Source: Candidatus Saccharimonadota bacterium
Lineage (GTDB): Bacteria > Patescibacteriota > Gracilibacteria > BD1-5 > UBA6164
Reading direction: 5' to 3'
DNA length: 32,000 nucleotides
NCBI GenBank assembly: GCA_965227835.1
Contig: OZ245768.1
Coordinates: forward strand, 1,140,001-1,172,000
How positions within the stretch are numbered: the first letter of the stretch is position 1; each line of letters opens with the position of its first letter. The notes below the pieces were generated by a model. The model saw nothing but the letters and a program-made list of their open reading frames with translations, made no database searches and had not been told where the DNA came from. The position numbers and the translations under genes were made by a program. Positions 29,174 through 32,000 of this stretch are shown one piece after another.

Positions 29174-29590
29174 CTATATTTTACTTAATTTTTCTTTTAA
29201 CTCGTCCAGTTTCTCTTTTTTATCTTCTAGATTAACTGATTTTTTATCTTCCAAAACATTTTGTGTCAAATATCATATTTCCATAGGTTCAAAACTATCT
29301 GTTCATTTTACCCAAATTTTAGGGTCTCCATTTATGGATAATCTTATCAAATTTAGTATAAATGGCACAAATGTCATTTCGCTGTGTTTAAATAAAACAA
29401 CCATTAAAAATATCAAAAATATTAAAACAGAGGGGACCAAAGATATTTCTAATCAAACACTAGGAGCTAATCATTTTTGTGTCATATAAGCTAAAGCTCA
29501 TCATATCATAAGTATGATAAGTTGCCTTAGGCTAAATGGTCATATTATGGGATCTTCGTTTTCTATTTGTACAGGTATTTTGTATTGCAC
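29174..29590 (-). CDS. PrgI-family (VirB3-like) T4SS membrane protein, 138 aa, probable GTG start
   Basis: (M)QYKIPVQIENEDPIIGPFSLRQLIILMIGGALAYM.. followed by a second TM helix and a K/E-rich tail. GTG at 29590 is the first plausible start after an upstream in-frame TAG. Frame checked. Confidence 0.55.
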
Positions 29591-29655
29591 TTGGAAAAAA
29601 ATAAAGGCTAAATTTATTTTCTAAATTAATTTACAAATAATATAGGGAAAAATAA

Positions 29656-30099
29656 CTATTTTTCAAATACTTCTTGCCATATTGTTTTTTCAAGATCATT
29701 CATCATTTTGTAATCATTGTCTTCTGTATGATCATATCATAGTATATGAAAGACTGAGTGTATCAAAAGTTTATAAAATTCTTTTTCTTCTCAAAGTCCA
29801 TAATATAGGGCTTGTTCTTTTATTTTTTCTTCACAAAAAAGTATTTCTCATGCTATTTCATCAGGTTTTAAATTTGAAAAATCTGAAAAATAATGAAAAC
29901 TCAAAACATCTGTTATTTCATTTTTATTTCTGTATTTATCGTTCAATTTTTTTATACTTTCCTCATCTAAAAACACTATATTCAAGGTTCAATTTTGTTT
30001 TATTTTCACTTTATCAGAAATTTCTTTTAATATCTTGTCAACAACTTTCTTTTCTGGCTTTATGCTTGTGTTTTTTATGAATAAATTGTATCTAAACAT
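29656..30099 (-). CDS. ybeY: rRNA maturation endoribonuclease YbeY, 147 aa
   Basis: ..TDVLSFHYF.. and the zinc motif HSVFHILGYDH (G is TGA). Frame checked. The antisense track ORF 29682..30080 is a shadow. Confidence 0.88.
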
Positions 30100-30142
30100 C
30101 TTATAATTTTTAGTAAAAAATTACCAAAAATTATACAAATAC

Positions 30143-30170
30143 TTGAAAATTATACAAAAATAAATAGAAT
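30143..30170 (+). promoter_or_regulatory. Candidate promoter of the putative sRNA
   Basis: TTGAAA (30143-30148), 16-nt spacer, TAGAAT (30165-30170). Confidence 0.4.
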
Positions 30171-30176
30171 AGTTTT

Positions 30177-30428
30177 CGTATAGGATCTATTTTAGAGGCT
30201 GCATGCTTGGAATATTTTCTCTTACGGTAAATATAATTAAGAATCGCTTTACTACTTTCTATAGTAGGATCTTGTATGAGAATTAAGTTTTTCTGATGGA
30301 TCGAAGGGTTCTTTAAATCTTTTGAATTTTAGGGAGTTACTAAATCTCTAAACTGACCTTGAAACGGATCTTGTATATTTGAATTTTATTTTATAAAAAA
30401 GCTAAATTTAAACGGTTTAGCTTTTTTT
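30177..30428 (+). ncRNA. Candidate ~250-nt non-coding RNA of unknown class
   Basis: Part of a 490-bp ORF-free gap in a densely coding window. Locally raised G+C (~35%). Promoter-like element upstream. Ends in the hairpin AAAAAAGCTAAA-loop-TTTAGCTTTTTTT (30395..30428). GGATCT(T)GTAT-like box repeated at 30183, 30268 and 30367. No ORF longer than 27 codons on either strand. Confidence 0.35.
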
Positions 30429-30587
30429 ATTACGAAAAAACTAATTGGGTTTATGGGAAAATATATAAAGTGTATTTTAGATTTAAAAAAGATTTTTTTA
30501 GAAAAGTAACCCAAGAAAAATGAGCAACGAAAATTTGCAATTTTAGGGTTTTTTATATAATTATTTTTGCTTTTACAAAGCAAAAAA

Positions 30588-30674
30588 GCCCAGGTGGTGA
30601 AATTGGTATACACGGGGGACTCAAAATCCCCTGACCTTATGGTCGTAAGGGTTCAAGTCCCTTCCTGGGTACCA
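30588..30674 (+). tRNA. tRNA-Leu (anticodon CAA), type II with a long variable arm, CCA encoded
   Basis: Acceptor stem GCCCAGG/CCTGGGT, discriminator A, then CCA. Anticodon stem GGGGA/TCCCC with loop CT-CAA-AA. Variable arm TGACCTTATGGTCGTAAG. T-arm AGGG-TTCAAGT-CCCT. Confidence 0.9.
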
Positions 30675-30690
30675 AAGTAAAAATTCAAAA

Positions 30691-30717
30691 AATAGCACTT
30701 AAAAAGTGCTATTTTTT
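30691..30717 (+). terminator. Rho-independent terminator after tRNA-Leu
   Basis: AATAGCACT-TAAAA-AGTGCTATT followed by a T-run. Confidence 0.75.
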
Positions 30718-30853
30718 ATATAATTATATAAAACGGAATATTTCTATAAAATACAATTTAGAATAAATTTAAACATGAAAATAATATGTAATTTTCAAAA
30801 AAGATGTTAAAACTTGAAAGGCAAACTTAAAAATTCTTTATTTAAAAATATGT

Positions 30854-32000
30854 CTAAGCAGTGTACCTTGGCCTATAATGAACCTCCAATTTATCTGGAT
30901 CATTTAATATACGATCAACTTCAAGAGAAGATTTTTTAAAACTGTATTGTAAATAATCAGCAATAATAATACGGGTATTTTGCTTAAAAATTGGGCTATT
31001 CCTACTAATTTTACCTGCTTGATTAAAACTAGAACATGGATTTCCAAATTGATCTTCTAAATTAAGGTTAGAATATTTATTATTTATATTTCCATCTAAA
31101 ATTAAGTCTGGTTCACTAAACTGATACTCACGAATACAATATTGTACAAATATCAATTGTTCTCTTGTTAAATCATCTTTACTCAATTGATCTAAAATAT
31201 CAGAATATGGTTTTCATTCAGATATCATAACAAAGGCTCAAGATAAAATATTTCTTTGTTTCTCTTCGCTAGTAATATTTTCTGAATAACTATGTTCTAA
31301 ATCGGAAAATCTTATATAATTGGTATCTGATTCATTATACCCTAACCCAGGTTTTTCTCAATTAATATTATCTAATCTATATATTTTAGGAGATTTAGAA
31401 TAACCTTGGCTTTCTATTTTATTACTATTATTTCTATCCATTACATTATCTTTAGTTTTAGATTTTGAAGAAGAACCAATAAAAGGAATTAATCAGATAA
31501 GCCCTCTAAAATTTATTGAAGAAAAAAAAGATAAACTTTTTTCTTCTAATTCATTTTCGTCAGCTACCAAAGGCTTTATTCTTGAACGATGAAAAGCTTC
31601 TATTAAGTCAGATTTCAAACAATAAATACGAATAATCTTTGATGAATCAAGTTTTGAAGGTCTTTCTTTATACCACCTACCTTTTATTTCATCCCAAAAA
31701 ATACCCTGAGTTTTCATCCTTGCATGAATTCTAGGACTCCATTCTCTTTTTAAATTGAGTTGATTTATTCAAGATAAGTGATTATCATTAGAATGTTGAT
31801 TTTGAGAATCTAAAGCTTCATTAATTTCGTTAGTTTCATTAGTTTCTTCAGATTTTAATTCATCTGGAGTAATAATATCTTTAGGGAAAATTCATTCAAA
31901 TGGTTTTCTAGCTTCTTCTATTGCATTTCTAGGTTCATCAAGTTGGTTAAAAAGATCTGCCAAATATTTTGAATATTCAGGTCTTGGATCTTTTTGACTA
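30854..32000 (-). CDS. Hypothetical protein, C-terminal 381 codons (5' end beyond the window)
   Basis: Track ORFs 31493..31717 and 30854..31186 are in one frame. The stretches between and upstream of them have no TAA/TAG (checked), only TGA. TAG at 30854-30856. No motif recognised (..EWSPRIHARMKTQGIFWDEIKGRWYKERPSK..). Confidence 0.7.

Noticed and set aside
30177-30428. Assignment of the candidate sRNA to tmRNA, RNase P RNA, SRP/4.5S RNA or a T-box leader.
   Set aside because: I found none of the following: a tRNA-like acceptor/T-arm end with ..CCACCA, a GAGGAAAGUCC-type P4 motif, an SRP domain IV motif, or a T-box sequence. The class stays unknown.
30588-30674. Reading this tRNA as the UGA-decoding tRNA (anticodon UCA), because TCA occurs in the anticodon loop region.
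   Set aside because: With the only 5-bp anticodon stem available (GGGGA/TCCCC), the 7-nt loop is CTCAAAA. That places U33 correctly and gives anticodon CAA. The long variable arm also marks a type II Leu tRNA, not tRNA-Gly.

Overview
This is an AT-rich bacterial segment, roughly 20-25% G+C by eye. It only makes sense if TGA is read as glycine (NCBI translation table 25, the code of Gracilibacteria and Absconditabacteria/SR1 in the Candidate Phyla Radiation). The supplied standard-code ORF track therefore fragments almost every gene and reports several antisense shadow ORFs.

I re-read both strands by hand with TGA=Gly and checked nearly all calls (every large one) triplet by triplet for in-frame TAA/TAG. 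That gives about 30 CDS:
- gdhA
- Tiny membrane-protein cassettes, duplicated as a 624-bp direct repeat around an IS4/IS5-like insertion sequence
- rpsF-ssb-rpsR
- RNase R
- A 355-aa membrane protein
- A TGA-free HNH nuclease
- A 1373-aa orphan giant protein with an internal tandem duplication
- An SDR oxidoreductase
- A GC-rich (about 40%) 590-aa membrane protein with no TGA in its first 571 codons, which looks foreign
- An FtsB/DivIC-like protein
- A FecR-domain protein followed by a CHASE2 class III nucleotidyl cyclase with an apparent 3' frameshift
- A three-gene cassette bracketed by ~90-nt GC-rich inverted repeats: a type IV pilin fused to a fibrinogen-like YCDxxxxGGGW domain, a thioredoxin-like protein and a small membrane protein
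- A minus-strand operon with remnants of a type IV secretion module (PrgI-like, VirB4 N-domain only, T4SS pilin)
- ybeY
- A promoter-to-terminator unit that could be a ~250-nt sRNA
- tRNA-Leu(CAA)
- A 5'-truncated ORF at the right edge

I saw no rRNA and no CRISPR array.

Limits: no alignment, HMM or folding software was run. Product names rest on motifs I recognise in the hand translations. GC values are eyeball counts on sample lines.
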